A stretch of DNA of 64,000 nt from Gammaproteobacteria bacterium (lineage in GTDB: Bacteria; Pseudomonadota; Gammaproteobacteria; Eutrophobiales; Eutrophobiaceae). The stretch covers positions 1,400 through 65,399 of the forward strand of contig JACORW010000059.1 in the NCBI GenBank assembly GCA_016179185.1. Direction: 5' to 3'. The notes beneath the pieces are model-generated. The model saw nothing but the letters and a program-made list of their open reading frames with translations. It did no database searches and had not been told where the DNA came from. Positions 8,938-18,991 of this stretch are shown one piece after another (within the stretch, counting starts at the first letter, position 1; every line of letters starts with the position of its first letter). A program made the translations under genes and the position numbers.

Positions 8938-10419
8938 TCACCGCGGCAGATCGGAATATCCCATGAGGAACTCGTCCACCGCGCGGGCGCACTGGCGGCC
9001 CTCGCGGATGGCCCACACGATCAGTGACTGGCCGCGGCGCATGTCGCCGGCGGCGAACACCTTGTTCACCGACGTGGCATAGCAGCCGGCGCCGTCCGTG
9101 GTCGCGCGCGCATTGCTGCGCGCGTCTTTCTCCACGTTGAACGTGTCGAGGATGTCCGCGGCCGGGCCCATGAAGCCCATGGCCAGCAGCACGAGATCCG
9201 CCTTCAATTCGGACTCGGATCCCGGCACCTCCTCCATTTTCAATTGGTCCGTGGCCGCATCCGTCTTCCACTCCAGCCGCACGGTGGTCAGGCTCGTGAC
9301 CCTGCCGTCCCTGCCGTTGAAACGCTTTGTGGCCACGGAGAAATCGCGCTCGCAACCCTCTTCCTGCGACGACGACGTACGCAGCCGCGTCGGCCAATAG
9401 GGCCACACCGGATTGTGCTCCACGTCCGGCGGCATCGGCAGCAATTCCAGCTGCGTCACGGATTTCGCGCCGTGGCGATTGGACGTGCCGACGCAATCGG
9501 AGCCGGTATCGCCGCCGCCGATGACGATGACATGCTTGCCGGCCGCGCTCAGTTCCGGCACGCCCTTGTCGCCGGCGACGCGGCGGTTCTGCAACGGCAG
9601 GAACTCCATGGCGAAATGCACGCCCTTGAGTTCTCTCCCCGGCACCGGCAGATCGCGCGGCGCTTCCGCGCCGCCCGCCAGCACCACGGCGTCGAACTCC
9701 GCGAGCAATCGCTCCGGCGCGATGGTCTGGCGGGCGTCATTGGTGACGCCGGCGCCGGGGCCCTGCCCACCGACATAAATGCCGGGGCGGAACGTCACGC
9801 CTTCCGCCGCCATCTGCGCGAGGCGCCGGTCTATGACGGGTTTCTCCAGTTTGAAGTCCGGGATGCCGTAGCGCAGCAGCCCGCCGATGCGGTTATTCTT
9901 CTCGAACACGGTGACCGCATGCCCGCGCCGCGCCAGTTGCTGCGCGCAGGCCAGGCCGGCCGGCCCCGATCCGACCACGGCAACCGACTTCCCGCTTCTG
10001 TGAGCCGCCGGTTCCGGCCGGACCCAGTCATTTTCCCAAGCGCGATCGATGATGGCGTGCTCGATGGATTTGATGCCCACCGGGTCATCGTTGATGCGCA
10101 GTACGCAGGCCTCTTCGCACGGCGCCGGGCACACGCGGCCGGTAAACTCGGGAAAATTGTTCGTGGAGTGCAGCGTACCCAGTGCGTTGCGCCAGTCCTG
10201 GGCGTAAACCAGATCGTTGAAATCCGGGATGATGTTGTTGACCGGGCAGCCGCTCATGCAGAACGGGATGCCGCAGTCCATGCAGCGCGCGCCCTGGATG
10301 CGCGCGTCATCGTCGCTGATGGGCCGGATGAACTCGCGGAAATGCCTGCGCCGCTGGTCCGGCGACTCGTGCGGCTCGTCGAGGCGCGAGTACTCCATAA
10401 AACCCGTGATCTTGCCCAT
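8938..10419 (-). CDS. gltD: glutamate synthase (NADPH) small subunit
   Basis: 493 aa. [10 protein letters not shown] iron-sulfur motif and [14 protein letters not shown] dinucleotide fold. Immediately downstream of gltB. Confidence 0.95.
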   Translation of the reverse strand: MGKITGFMEYSRLDEPHESPDQRRRHFREFIRPISDDDARIQGARCMDCGIPFCMSGCPVNNIIPDFNDLVYAQDWRNALGTLHSTNNFPEFTGRVCPAPCEEACVLRINDDPVGIKSIEHAIIDRAWENDWVRPEPAAHRSGKSVAVVGSGPAGLACAQQLARRGHAVTVFEKNNRIGGLLRYGIPDFKLEKPVIDRRLAQMAAEGVTFRPGIYVGGQGPGAGVTNDARQTIAPERLLAEFDAVVLAGGAEAPRDLPVPGRELKGVHFAMEFLPLQNRRVAGDKGVPELSAAGKHVIVIGGGDTGSDCVGTSNRHGAKSVTQLELLPMPPDVEHNPVWPYWPTRLRTSSSQEEGCERDFSVATKRFNGRDGRVTSLTTVRLEWKTDAATDQLKMEEVPGSESELKADLVLLAMGFMGPAADILDTFNVEKDARSNARATTDGAGCYATSVNKVFAAGDMRRGQSLIVWAIREGRQCARAVDEFLMGYSDLPR

Positions 10420-10430
10420 TCTTTTATCCG

Positions 10431-10515
10431 TAGCTACAAGCTACAAGCCACAAGCAACAAGGGAAACACTCCGTGGCTTGTGTCCTTGTAGCTTGTCGCT
10501 TGTTGCTTGTAGCTG
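10431..10515. repeat. heptamer-armed hairpin, GCNACAA/TTGTNGC family (copy A1)
   Basis: Left arm GCTACAA GCTACAA GCCACAA GCAACAA. Right arm TTGTAGC TTGTCGC TTGTTGC TTGTAGC. Occupies most of the 99-nt gltB-gltD intercistronic gap. Confidence 0.8.
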
Positions 10516-10518
10516 CCT

Positions 10519-13500
10519 TCAAGCCGCATTCCTGCCATTCACTTGCGCCAGTTCTCCCAACGCCCTCCGGTACTCCTTCGGAAACACCTTGATGAACCGG
10601 CCGCGCCACTCGCTCCACGCAGCCAGGATCTCCGCGGCGCGTTTGCTGCCGGTGTGTTGCGCGTGCCGCTGGAGCATCCGCCGCACGATGACCTCGTCGG
10701 CCTCGCCGTGGTGCCACAACGCCGGAGGCAGCTTCGCCTGCTGTTCCTGTTCCGGCGCTACGGGCTCCAAGTCCACCATCGCGGGATTTACCAGTGCCGC
10801 CGCCCGGCCGTCCTGGTCCAGCACATAGGCGATGCCGCCGGACATGCCCGCGGCAAAGTTGCGTCCAATGCCGCCGAGTACCAGCACCGTGCCGCCCGTC
10901 ATGTATTCGCAACCATGATCGCCGACGCCTTCGACGACCGCCTCGGCGCCTGAATTGCGCACCGCGAAGCGTTCGCCGGCGACGCCGCAGAAATACGCCT
11001 CGCCGGCGATGGCGCCGTACAGAACCACGTTGCCCGTGATGATGTTCTCCCCCGGCGCGCCGCGGAATTTCGGTGACGGCTGCACGCTGATGCGTCCGCC
11101 GGACAACCCCTTGCCGCAGTAATCGTTGGTGTCGCCGACCAGATCGAGCGTAATGCCGCGCGCCAGGAAAGCGCCGAAACTCTGTCCTGCGGACCCGCGC
11201 AGGCGGACATGAATGGTGTTGTCCGGCAGACCGTCGTGTCCGTAGCGCTTCGCGACGTGCCACGACAGCATCGTGCCCACGGTGCGGTTTACGTTGCGGA
11301 TCGGCACGTCAATGGTCACCTTTTCGCGCCGTTCCAGTGCCGGCGCAGACAGTTCGATCAGGCGGTTGTCCAGCGCGCGTCCCAGCCCGTGGTCCTGCTG
11401 CGCGCAGTGGTGGCGCGCCACCTCCGCGGGCATCTCCGGCAGGTGGAAGATGCGCGAGAAGTCCAGCTTCCTCGCCTTCCAGTGTTCGATGCCGCGGCGC
11501 GTATCCAGCAGATCGGCGCGACCGATGAGGTCATCGAACCTGCGGATGCCGAGCTGGGCCATCAGTTCGCGCGCCTCTTCGGCGACAAAAAAGAAATAAT
11601 TGACCACGTGCTCCGGCTTGCCCGTGAACTTCCTGCGCAATTCCGGGTCCTGCGTCGCCACGCCCACCGGGCAGGTATTGAGATGGCATTTGCGCATCAT
11701 GATGCAGCCTGCGACCACCAGTGGCGCGGTGGCAAAGCCGAACTCGTCGGCGCCCAGCATCGCGCCGATCACCACGTCGCGGCCGGTCTTCATCTGCCCG
11801 TCCACCTGCACCGAGATGCGCCCGCGCAGCCGGTTCAGCACCAGTGTCTGCTGCGTCTCGGCGAGCCCCAGTTCCCACGGCGAACCGGCGTGCTTGATGG
11901 ATGACCATGGCGAAGCCCCGGTCCCGCCGTCGTGGCCGGCGATGGTCACATGGTCGGCCTTGGCCTTGGCAACGCCGGCGGCGATGGTGCCGACACCGGT
12001 CTCGGATACCAGCTTGACGCTGACGGCTGCTTCCGGGTTGGAGTTCTTGAGGTCATGGATCAGCTGCGCCAGATCTTCGATGGAATAAATATCGTGGTGC
12101 GGCGGCGGACTGATCAGTTCCACGCCCGGGGTCGCGTAACGCAGTTCAGCGATGTACTCGGACACCTTGCGCCCGGGAAGCTGGCCGCCCTCGCCCGGCT
12201 TCGCGCCCTGCGCGATCTTGATCTGCAGCATCTCGGCGGAGGCAAGGTACTCGGCGGTGACGCCAAAGCGCCCCGACGCCACCTGTTTTATTTTTGACTT
12301 CAGCGAATCGCCGGGCTTGAGCGGGATGTCCACGACCACGCGCTCGTCCCCGAGCCGGCCCTGCATCGTTTCACCGGCGGCGATGGGCGCATAGCGGCGC
12401 CGATCCTCGCCGCCCTCGCCGGTATTACTGCGCCCGCCGATGCGGTTCATGGCCACCGCCAGCGTCGCGTGCGCCTCGGTGGAAATGGATCCCAGCGACA
12501 TGGCGCCGGTGGAGAAGCGCTTCACTATTTCCGCCGCCGGTTCGACTTCCTCGATGGGTACCGGCTTGCACGCGTCGAACCGGAACTCGAACAGTCCGCG
12601 CAGCGTCAACAACCGCTCCGACTGATCATTGATGAGCCGTGCATATTCCTGGTACGTGGCATGGGAATTGCCGCCGGTGGCATGTTGCAGTTTGGCGATG
12701 GCGTCCGGCGTCCACATGTGTTCCTCGCCGCGGACGCGATAATGGTATTCCCCGCCGGCATCCAGCGCGCCGGCCAGCACCGGGTCATCTCCGTAGGCGG
12801 CGCGGTGCATGCGGATGGCCTCGTCCGCCAGTTCAAAGATACCGACGCCCTCCACCGTGGACGTGGTGCCGGTGAAATACCGATCCACGATGGCCCGAGA
12901 CAAACCCACCGCCTCGAAGACCTGCGCGCCCGTGTAGCCCATGTACGTGGAGATGCCCATCTTCGACATGACCTTCTTCAGTCCCTTGCCGATGGCCTTG
13001 ATGTAGTTTTTGCACGCCTTCGCCGCATCGAGCCCGCCCGTCAGCCCGCACGCCGCCAGATCCGAAACCGTCTCCAGCGCCAGATAGGGATGGATCGCCT
13101 CGGCGCCGTAGGCGCCCAGCAACGCAAAATGATGCACCTCCCGCGCCGACCCGGTCTCCACCACAAGCCCGGTGGACGTGCGCAGCCCCTTCGACACCAG
13201 GTGCTGGTGCACGGCCGACAACGTGATCAGCACCGGGATCGCCACGTTGTCGCGATCCGCCTTGCGATCCGAGATGATCAGGATCCCGCAGCCGGAGCGG
13301 GCCGCGTCCGCGGCCTGGGCGCACAATGACGCCAGCCCCGCTTCGATGGCCGCCCTGCCCCACGCCACAGGATAGGTGGAATCCAGTTCGTAGGAGCGGA
13401 ACTTGCCCTCGGTCCAGCGCTCGATGTGCCGGATTGTCTCCATCTGGTTGAAGTCCAGAACCGGTTGCGACACCTCCAGCCGCAACGGCGGGTTCATTTC

Positions 13501-15171
13501 GTCAATACCGAGCAGGTTCGGCCGCGGCCCGATGAACGACACCAGCGACATCACCAGTTCCTCGCGGATCGGGTCTATGGCGGGATTGGTCACCTGGGCG
13601 AACAACTGCTTGAAGTAGTGATAAACGGTCTTGTTCCTGCTGGACAGGATGGCAAGCGGCGAATCGTTGCCCATGGAGCCGACCGGCTCCTCGCCGTTGC
13701 AGGCCATGGGCGCCAGCAGCAGCTTCAGATCCTCCTGCGTATAGGCGAATGCCTGCTGGCGGTCGAGCAGCGATTCCCGGGTCGCGGGCGCGCGCTCGCG
13801 TTCGCCGTGCAGGTCGTCCAGTCGCACGGTGATGCGTTCCACCCACTCCTGGTAGGGGCGCGCCGCGCAGATGGATTCCTTCAATTCGTCGTCGTCTATG
13901 ATGCGGCCTTTTTCCAGGTCCACGAGAAACATCTTGCCCGGCTGCAGGCGCCACTTCTTGACGATCTTCCCCTCGGGGATGGGCAGCACACCGACCTCCG
14001 AGCCCATGACCACGAGATTGTCGTCGGTGACCAGGTAGCGCGACGGGCGCAGGCCGTTCCGGTCCAGCGTCGCGCCGATGCGCACCCCGTCGGTAAAGGC
14101 GATGGACGCGGGGCCATCCCAGGGCTCCATCATCGCCGCGTGGTAGGCATAAAACGCGCGCCGGGCCGGATCCATGGCGCCGTGCGCCTCCCACGCCTCC
14201 GGGATCATCATCATCACCGCCTGCGCGATGGGATATCCGGCCATGACCAGCAGTTCCAGCGCATTGTCGAAGGACGCGGAATCCGACTGCCCGTCGTATA
14301 TCAGCGGCCAGATCTTGTTCAAATCCTCCTCGAGGATCGGGCTCGAAATGGCGCGCTGGCGCGCGCGGATCCAGTTCACGTTGCCGCGCAGCGTGTTGAT
14401 CTCGCCGTTATGCGCGATCAGGCGGAACGGATGCGCCAGGTCCCAGGTCGGGAACGTATTCGTGGAGAACCGCATGTGCACCAGCGCCAGAGCGGATTCG
14501 AAGCGCGGGTCCTGCAGATCGAGGTAATAGGGACCAAGCTGCTGCGCGAGCAACATGCCCTTGTAACAGAGGGTCCGCACCGACATCGAGGGCACGTAAT
14601 ATTCCTTGCCGTGCTCGAGCCGCAGCGCCTGGATCGCGTGCCCGGCCTCTTTGCGGATGATGTACAGCTTGCGCTCAAGCGCGTCGGATACCGTGATGCC
14701 CTTGCCGCGGCCGATGAACACCTGCTGGATCACCGGTTCCATACGCTGCGCCGGTTCGGCCAGATCCGCGTTGTCCACCGGCACGTCGCGCCAGCCGAGC
14801 AACACCTGACCCTCTTCGCGGATCGCGCGTTCCATCTCGTACTTGAGGGCGAGACGCGAGGCCGGGTCCTGGGGCATGAACACCATGCCGATGCCGTACT
14901 GCCCCGCCTTCGGCAGTTTCACGCCCTGCTTCGCCATCTCCTCGCGGAAAAACCGATCCGGGATCTGGGTAAGGATGCCGGCGCCATCGGACAGTTTCGG
15001 GTCCCAGCCCACGGCGCCGCGGTGCGACAGGTTCTTGAGCAGCGCCAGCCCCTGCTCGACGATGGCATGGGATCGGACTCCTTTAATGTGCGCGATGAAC
15101 CCTACACCACAGGCATCGTGCTCCCGGGCGGGATCGTAGAGACCTTGGGCAGACAGGCGACTGGTTTCCAC
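10519..15171 (-). CDS. gltB: glutamate synthase (NADPH) large subunit
   Basis: 1550 aa. N-terminal class II amidotransferase ([11 protein letters not shown]), followed by FMN and GXGXG domains. GTG start. Confidence 0.97.
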   Translation of the reverse strand: METSRLSAQGLYDPAREHDACGVGFIAHIKGVRSHAIVEQGLALLKNLSHRGAVGWDPKLSDGAGILTQIPDRFFREEMAKQGVKLPKAGQYGIGMVFMPQDPASRLALKYEMERAIREEGQVLLGWRDVPVDNADLAEPAQRMEPVIQQVFIGRGKGITVSDALERKLYIIRKEAGHAIQALRLEHGKEYYVPSMSVRTLCYKGMLLAQQLGPYYLDLQDPRFESALALVHMRFSTNTFPTWDLAHPFRLIAHNGEINTLRGNVNWIRARQRAISSPILEEDLNKIWPLIYDGQSDSASFDNALELLVMAGYPIAQAVMMMIPEAWEAHGAMDPARRAFYAYHAAMMEPWDGPASIAFTDGVRIGATLDRNGLRPSRYLVTDDNLVVMGSEVGVLPIPEGKIVKKWRLQPGKMFLVDLEKGRIIDDDELKESICAARPYQEWVERITVRLDDLHGERERAPATRESLLDRQQAFAYTQEDLKLLLAPMACNGEEPVGSMGNDSPLAILSSRNKTVYHYFKQLFAQVTNPAIDPIREELVMSLVSFIGPRPNLLGIDEMNPPLRLEVSQPVLDFNQMETIRHIERWTEGKFRSYELDSTYPVAWGRAAIEAGLASLCAQAADAARSGCGILIISDRKADRDNVAIPVLITLSAVHQHLVSKGLRTSTGLVVETGSAREVHHFALLGAYGAEAIHPYLALETVSDLAACGLTGGLDAAKACKNYIKAIGKGLKKVMSKMGISTYMGYTGAQVFEAVGLSRAIVDRYFTGTTSTVEGVGIFELADEAIRMHRAAYGDDPVLAGALDAGGEYHYRVRGEEHMWTPDAIAKLQHATGGNSHATYQEYARLINDQSERLLTLRGLFEFRFDACKPVPIEEVEPAAEIVKRFSTGAMSLGSISTEAHATLAVAMNRIGGRSNTGEGGEDRRRYAPIAAGETMQGRLGDERVVVDIPLKPGDSLKSKIKQVASGRFGVTAEYLASAEMLQIKIAQGAKPGEGGQLPGRKVSEYIAELRYATPGVELISPPPHHDIYSIEDLAQLIHDLKNSNPEAAVSVKLVSETGVGTIAAGVAKAKADHVTIAGHDGGTGASPWSSIKHAGSPWELGLAETQQTLVLNRLRGRISVQVDGQMKTGRDVVIGAMLGADEFGFATAPLVVAGCIMMRKCHLNTCPVGVATQDPELRRKFTGKPEHVVNYFFFVAEEARELMAQLGIRRFDDLIGRADLLDTRRGIEHWKARKLDFSRIFHLPEMPAEVARHHCAQQDHGLGRALDNRLIELSAPALERREKVTIDVPIRNVNRTVGTMLSWHVAKRYGHDGLPDNTIHVRLRGSAGQSFGAFLARGITLDLVGDTNDYCGKGLSGGRISVQPSPKFRGAPGENIITGNVVLYGAIAGEAYFCGVAGERFAVRNSGAEAVVEGVGDHGCEYMTGGTVLVLGGIGRNFAAGMSGGIAYVLDQDGRAAALVNPAMVDLEPVAPEQEQQAKLPPALWHHGEADEVIVRRMLQRHAQHTGSKRAAEILAAWSEWRGRFIKVFPKEYRRALGELAQVNGRNAA

Positions 15172-15429
15172 GGTGATTCCTCAAAAGGCGGGGACGGAAT
15201 TCAGTTCCGTCTCCGACGAATACAGCAGGTTCAGATTGCCACAGGATGCGCCCTAGCTCATTGTCCCTGGGGCGGGCCGAAATGCAAAAAAACGGACCGC
15301 GACTATACCGACCCGATCCTTTCCCTTCAAGGGTTCAGACCTGTGAAAATGCCATATTGTACCGCTGTTACCTGGCGATACGACAAGTCTGAGTTTACGT
15401 ATTAACTACTGCAATGGATAACCAGCCGG

Positions 15430-15696
15430 CTATTTCTCCAGCCGCCGCAGTTTCAGCTCGATCTCTTCAAGTTCCGTGAGTGCCTGCTTCAGCAGGGCGT
15501 CCAGCACTTCGGCGTTCTGCAATTGCACGGCCTGTTCCTCGAAATCCCGATCAAGACCGCTGCGGAAGTCGCGCCGGATGGCATCCACCCGCTCGCGGAG
15601 TTCGGTCTGTTTCTGCCGCAGTGCCTGCTCTGATTCCGTGTTGTTTTTCACGTTTGCCGGTTCCGCATGTTTCACTACATGTGATCCAGCATACAT
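15430..15696 (-). CDS. hypothetical coiled-coil protein resembling the N-terminal half of DksA/TraR regulators (no zinc finger)
   Basis: 88-aa ORF. DFEEQAVQLQNAEVLDALLKQALTELEEIELKLRRLE aligns by eye with the DksA/TraR coiled-coil region, but the ORF stops where the C4 zinc finger would begin. Confidence 0.4.
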   Translation of the reverse strand: MYAGSHVVKHAEPANVKNNTESEQALRQKQTELRERVDAIRRDFRSGLDRDFEEQAVQLQNAEVLDALLKQALTELEEIELKLRRLEK

Positions 15697-15721
15697 TGTT
15701 CAGTGTCAGGCGCGCACTACG

Positions 15722-15735
15722 TTGATCGGGGTCAA
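15722..15735. promoter_or_regulatory. FNR/Anr-type box (9/10)
   Basis: TTGATcgggGTCAA. The centre is ~77 nt upstream of the phosphoribosyltransferase ATG. Confidence 0.55.
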
Positions 15736-15805
15736 CGAAAGGACGCCCGCCCAATGGCACAAATTGCAGCCGTGACAGGCGGTCAACGAGGCATCAATCG
15801 AATCC

Positions 15806-16480
15806 ATGAAATACAACGTCCGGCATAGCCGCACCTTTCCTGATCGCCGAACCGCGGGACGCGACCTGGCGCGGGCGCTGAACAGGTATTCAGGCCGCGG
15901 CGACGTTCTGGTGCTGGCGTTGCCCCGCGGCGGTGTGCCGGTCGCCGATGAGATCGCGCGTTTCCTCGGCGCGCCCCTGGATATTCTGATCGTGCGCAAG
16001 CTCGGCGTCCCCGGGCAGCCGGAATTGGCGCTCGGTGCCATTGCCTCCGGCGGGGCGCGGGCCGTCAATGATGAGATTGTTGAGGCGCTGGGCATTGACC
16101 CCGCGATAGTTGATGCCATCGCGGACAGGGAGAGAATGGAAATACTCCGGCGCGAGCAGGCCTATCGCGGCGACCGCCCGCCGATCCAGGTCGCCGGAAA
16201 GGTTGTTATCGTCGTGGACGACGGCATGGCGACGGGAGCGACGATGCGCGCCGGCGTGCGGGCGCTGCGGGCGCTGCAACCGGCCCGCCTGGTCGTGGCG
16301 GTGCCCCATGCGCCAACCGATACCTGCGCGTCACTGTCCGCCGAAACAGATGAACTGGTTTGTCTGGAGATGCCCGAACCGTATGTGGCGGTGGGCCGCT
16401 GGTATCAGGACTTCCCGCAGCTGACGGACGCCGAGGTCAGGGAAATCCTCGGACACGCCGCCGCCGGCCGCAGTGCGTGA
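15806..16480 (+). CDS. phosphoribosyltransferase-family protein (stress-cluster type)
   Basis: 224 aa. VLALPRGGVPVA and VVIVVDDGMATGATM PRPP-binding motif. Confidence 0.85.
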   Translation: MKYNVRHSRTFPDRRTAGRDLARALNRYSGRGDVLVLALPRGGVPVADEIARFLGAPLDILIVRKLGVPGQPELALGAIASGGARAVNDEIVEALGIDPAIVDAIADRERMEILRREQAYRGDRPPIQVAGKVVIVVDDGMATGATMRAGVRALRALQPARLVVAVPHAPTDTCASLSAETDELVCLEMPEPYVAVGRWYQDFPQLTDAEVREILGHAAAGRSA

Positions 16481-16818
16481 AGCTTTACCTGGCCGCGGCG
16501 GCGCCGCACGTAAGTCTTCAGTCTGCGCTGCGCCGCGTCGAACACACCCCGAATCGCCAGGTAAACGTCCTCATGGGAACGATGTTCGCCCGGTTCCCGG
16601 GAAATAGTGAACTCCCCGTCGGGGACCGTGAATCGCAGGCGTGCGTGGTAGATTCGACCCCCGTCCTGGTGTTGGCACGAGGCTTCCACCAGGACCTGGA
16701 TCCCGATGACATCACGGCTGAATCGGTTCAGCCGGCCGGCATGTTCGCGAATGCAGTCCTCCAGTGACTGCGAATGCGGAAAACCTCTAAACGTGACGTT
16801 GATCGGAATGATGGACAA
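16405..16818 (-). CDS. HPF/RaiA-like ribosome-associated protein (short form)
   Basis: ORF 16405..16953 trimmed to an in-frame TTG at 16818, 10 nt downstream of GGAGA. MSIIPINVTFRGFPHSQSLEDCIREHAGRLNRF...HEDVYLAIRGVFDAAQRRLK follows the S30EA/HPF pattern. The 3' end overlaps the convergent PRT gene by 76 nt. Confidence 0.65.
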   Translation of the reverse strand: MSIIPINVTFRGFPHSQSLEDCIREHAGRLNRFSRDVIGIQVLVEASCQHQDGGRIYHARLRFTVPDGEFTISREPGEHRSHEDVYLAIRGVFDAAQRRLKTYVRRRRGQVKLHALRPAAACPRISLTSASVSCGKS

Positions 16819-16873
16819 GGGTCGGATGTCTCCGTTGACCTCGGAGCCCCTGCGTGCGCGTGCGCGGCGCAGT

Positions 16874-17101
16874 TCAGGCGCGTCCCAGCAGACGGTCGAT
16901 TTCCCGTTCCGCGGCGAACCAGTGCTCCGCGGAGTCGCCGGTGAACCCGGCATTCAAAGCGTGGAAATACGCAGCCTCCCGGATCATTGCGAAACGCACT
17001 TCCCGGCTCTCCCCGGCAACCGGGCTTTTTGACTTTCCGGACGGGGCCCTGGGCACGGCCAGCGCCTTGGGTTTTGCCTTCGACAGACTCTTCATTGGCA
17101 T
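16874..17101 (-). CDS. DUF2934-like small protein
   Basis: ORF 16874..17248 trimmed to ATG 17101, 5 nt after AGGAGG. C-terminal IREAAYFHALNAGFTGDSAEHWFAAEREI resembles the DUF2934 motif. Confidence 0.55.
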   Translation of the reverse strand: MPMKSLSKAKPKALAVPRAPSGKSKSPVAGESREVRFAMIREAAYFHALNAGFTGDSAEHWFAAEREIDRLLGRA

Positions 17102-17247
17102 CGAAACCTCCTGCATTGCGCGATTGCGGTTCCTGGGCGCGAGCAACGCAACAAAATCGTACGCCTTCCAAGACCGGGAACCTTGATCCATGTCAGCCAT
17201 TGCGCGTACCGGCACCCGGACAACCGATCGATCCGGACCATCGGGCA

Positions 17248-17261
17248 TTGATCTCCATCAA
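17248..17261. promoter_or_regulatory. FNR/Anr-type box (perfect)
   Basis: TTGATctccATCAA, just upstream of the dienelactone hydrolase-family gene and in the divergent spacer with the DUF2934/HPF-like genes. Confidence 0.65.
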
Positions 17262-17296
17262 ACCGTCCCGGGCGCATCCGCGTAGATTTTCCTTCC

Positions 17297-17992
17297 GTGC
17301 AGACATACCCGTCAGCAATTGAGTTCATGGACATCGTCCTTTCCGCCGATGGCGTGGAACTGGACGCTTCTCTGGCATTGCCCGAGAGACAGTGCGGCCT
17401 CGTTCTGTTCATCCACGGCAGCGGCAGCAGCCGCTTCAGTCCCCGCAACCGGATCGTCGCGGACGCGCTCAACCGGCGCGGGCTCGCCACCCTGCTGCTG
17501 GACCTGCTTACCATTCCCGAGCACGAACAGGATGAAATTACCGGCGAGCTGCGCTTCGAAATCGAGCTGCTGAGCCGGCGGGCAATGCAATGCATTGAAC
17601 GGGTTGGAGAACGGGGGTCGCTGGCACACCTTCCGCTCGGCCTGTTCGGCGCCAGTACCGGGGCCGCGGCGGCGCTGAATGCGGCGGCGGAGCGCCCCGA
17701 TAAGGTTGCCGCGATCGTATGCCGCGGCGGGCGTCCCGACCTCGCACTGCCGATGCTGCCGGACGTGCAGGCGCCGACGCTGTTCATCGTGGGCGCGCTG
17801 GATCACACCGTGCTGGCGCTGAACCGTGAGGCCGCCGCTGCCCTCAGGGCAACCCATCGCATCGCCGTGGTGCCGGGTGCCTCGCACCTGTTCGAAGAAC
17901 CGGGGAAGCTGGACATTGTGGCGGCGCTGGCGCGCGATTGGTTTCTGCACCACCTTGCCGGCGGCGCAACGGCGGCGCAGGCGAACGCGTGA
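17297..17992 (+). CDS. dienelactone hydrolase-family alpha/beta hydrolase (stress-cluster type)
   Basis: 231 aa. LFIHGSGSSRFSPRN and GASTGAAAAL nucleophile elbow. Track start is GTG 17297. ATG 17327 is an alternative. Confidence 0.85.
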   Translation: MQTYPSAIEFMDIVLSADGVELDASLALPERQCGLVLFIHGSGSSRFSPRNRIVADALNRRGLATLLLDLLTIPEHEQDEITGELRFEIELLSRRAMQCIERVGERGSLAHLPLGLFGASTGAAAALNAAAERPDKVAAIVCRGGRPDLALPMLPDVQAPTLFIVGALDHTVLALNREAAAALRATHRIAVVPGASHLFEEPGKLDIVAALARDWFLHHLAGGATAAQANA

Positions 17993-18035
17993 ATCCCGGC
18001 GCGCCGCCGCCCGTGCCCCGGCTGCCGGCGCTGCG

Positions 18036-18581
18036 CTACGCCGCCTTCACCTCGATCTTCTTTTCCTCTTTCTGCGCCCCCGCCGTCTTCGGCATCACCA
18101 GTTTCAATACGCCGCTGGAAAACGTGGCCGCTATCCTGTCGGTATCCACGGTTTCCGGCACCTCAAATGACCGCTCGAAGGAACCGTAGCGCCGCTCGGA
18201 GAGGTAGTAATCCTTTTTCTTCTCCTCGGTCTCTTCCTTTTTCTCGCCCTTGATGCACAGCCTGTTGTTGGCGAGGGTCACTTCGATGTCCTTTTCCTGC
18301 ATGCCGGGCAGCTCGGCGGTGATCTCGAACGCCTTTTCCTTTTCGGCGATGTCAATCGCCGGGGCGATGCCCCACGAAGAAGCACGGCGCCAGGCGGGCT
18401 CAAGGTCGAACCATGATCGGCGGAACGGCAGGTGCCAGTTGGCGCCAAAGTCATCGAACAACCGATCCACTTCGCGGCGCAGGCTTTCGAACGGATGAAA
18501 AGTGCCGGCGGCCGGAACTTTCTCCGCAGGCAGCTGCACCTTCTTTACCGGGACAACTGTTGCTGTGTGTGCCATGGCCAT
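18036..18581 (-). CDS. Hsp20/alpha-crystallin family small heat-shock protein
   Basis: ORF 18036..18899 trimmed to ATG 18581, preceded by AGGAGGAAA. The alpha-crystallin domain reads AIDIAEKEKAFEITAELPGMQEKDIEVTL...GVLKLVMPK. Confidence 0.9.
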   Translation of the reverse strand: MAMAHTATVVPVKKVQLPAEKVPAAGTFHPFESLRREVDRLFDDFGANWHLPFRRSWFDLEPAWRRASSWGIAPAIDIAEKEKAFEITAELPGMQEKDIEVTLANNRLCIKGEKKEETEEKKKDYYLSERRYGSFERSFEVPETVDTDRIAATFSSGVLKLVMPKTAGAQKEEKKIEVKAA

Positions 18582-18729
18582 TTCCTCCTGTCTCACTCTT
18601 GCTTCGCAGACAATTGACAGGCTGGCGAAAAACCCGTTTTTCTCCGGCCTGTCCGGCGTCTGAAAAAGTCCGCCACGAACTACTTCAGCACTCCATGAAC
18701 AAAGTATTGCGCTTTCTCCGGAGGCCACC

Positions 18730-18743
18730 TTGATTCGGATCAA
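18730..18743. promoter_or_regulatory. FNR/Anr-type box (perfect)
   Basis: TTGATtcggATCAA, ~155 nt upstream of the hsp20 ATG at 18581. Confidence 0.6.
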
Positions 18744-18902
18744 GCGCGGTAATGCCCTGACGCGGTCAACTGCCCCGCGCCGCGGCACCTGCGTCTCCAG
18801 CCCCTCGGCCAATGGGGCGTCGACCCGCAGCAGAGCGCCGGCCGGAGGACCGCCGTTCCCGGCATGATGCACACGGCCATGTCGGGATCCCGGCGTCATT
18901 CA

Positions 18903-18916
18903 TTGATCCGTATCAG
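18903..18916. promoter_or_regulatory. FNR/Anr-type box (9/10)
   Basis: TTGATccgtATCAG. The centre is ~82 nt upstream of the glgC ATG. Confidence 0.5.
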
Positions 18917-18991
18917 ATTTGCCGCCCCATTCCGCTCCTAGTATCTGCCGGAGGCAGAGGCAGAATTTCTAACGAGTCAGGACGGTCATAC

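Noticed and set aside
15755-15768. Sigma-54-like TGGCAC...TTGCA upstream of the phosphoribosyltransferase gene, and TGGCACCGGTATGCT at 20504-20518.
   Set aside because: The spacing between the GG and GC elements is wrong: N3 and N4-like instead of N5 between TGGCAC and TTGC. No enhancer-binding protein gene is nearby.
16405-16480. 76-nt 3'-end overlap between the convergent phosphoribosyltransferase and HPF-like genes.
   Set aside because: The overlap involves only the low-complexity tail of the HPF-like ORF. It may reflect a slightly late stop, and convergent overlaps are not unusual. It is not evidence of antisense regulation by itself.
17183-17196. Additional weak FNR-like sites TTGATccatGTCAG (17183-17196) and TTGATctggCGCAA (22596-22609).
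   Set aside because: Only the left half-site is intact and the right halves match 3/5. They may be auxiliary sites but cannot be supported on their own.
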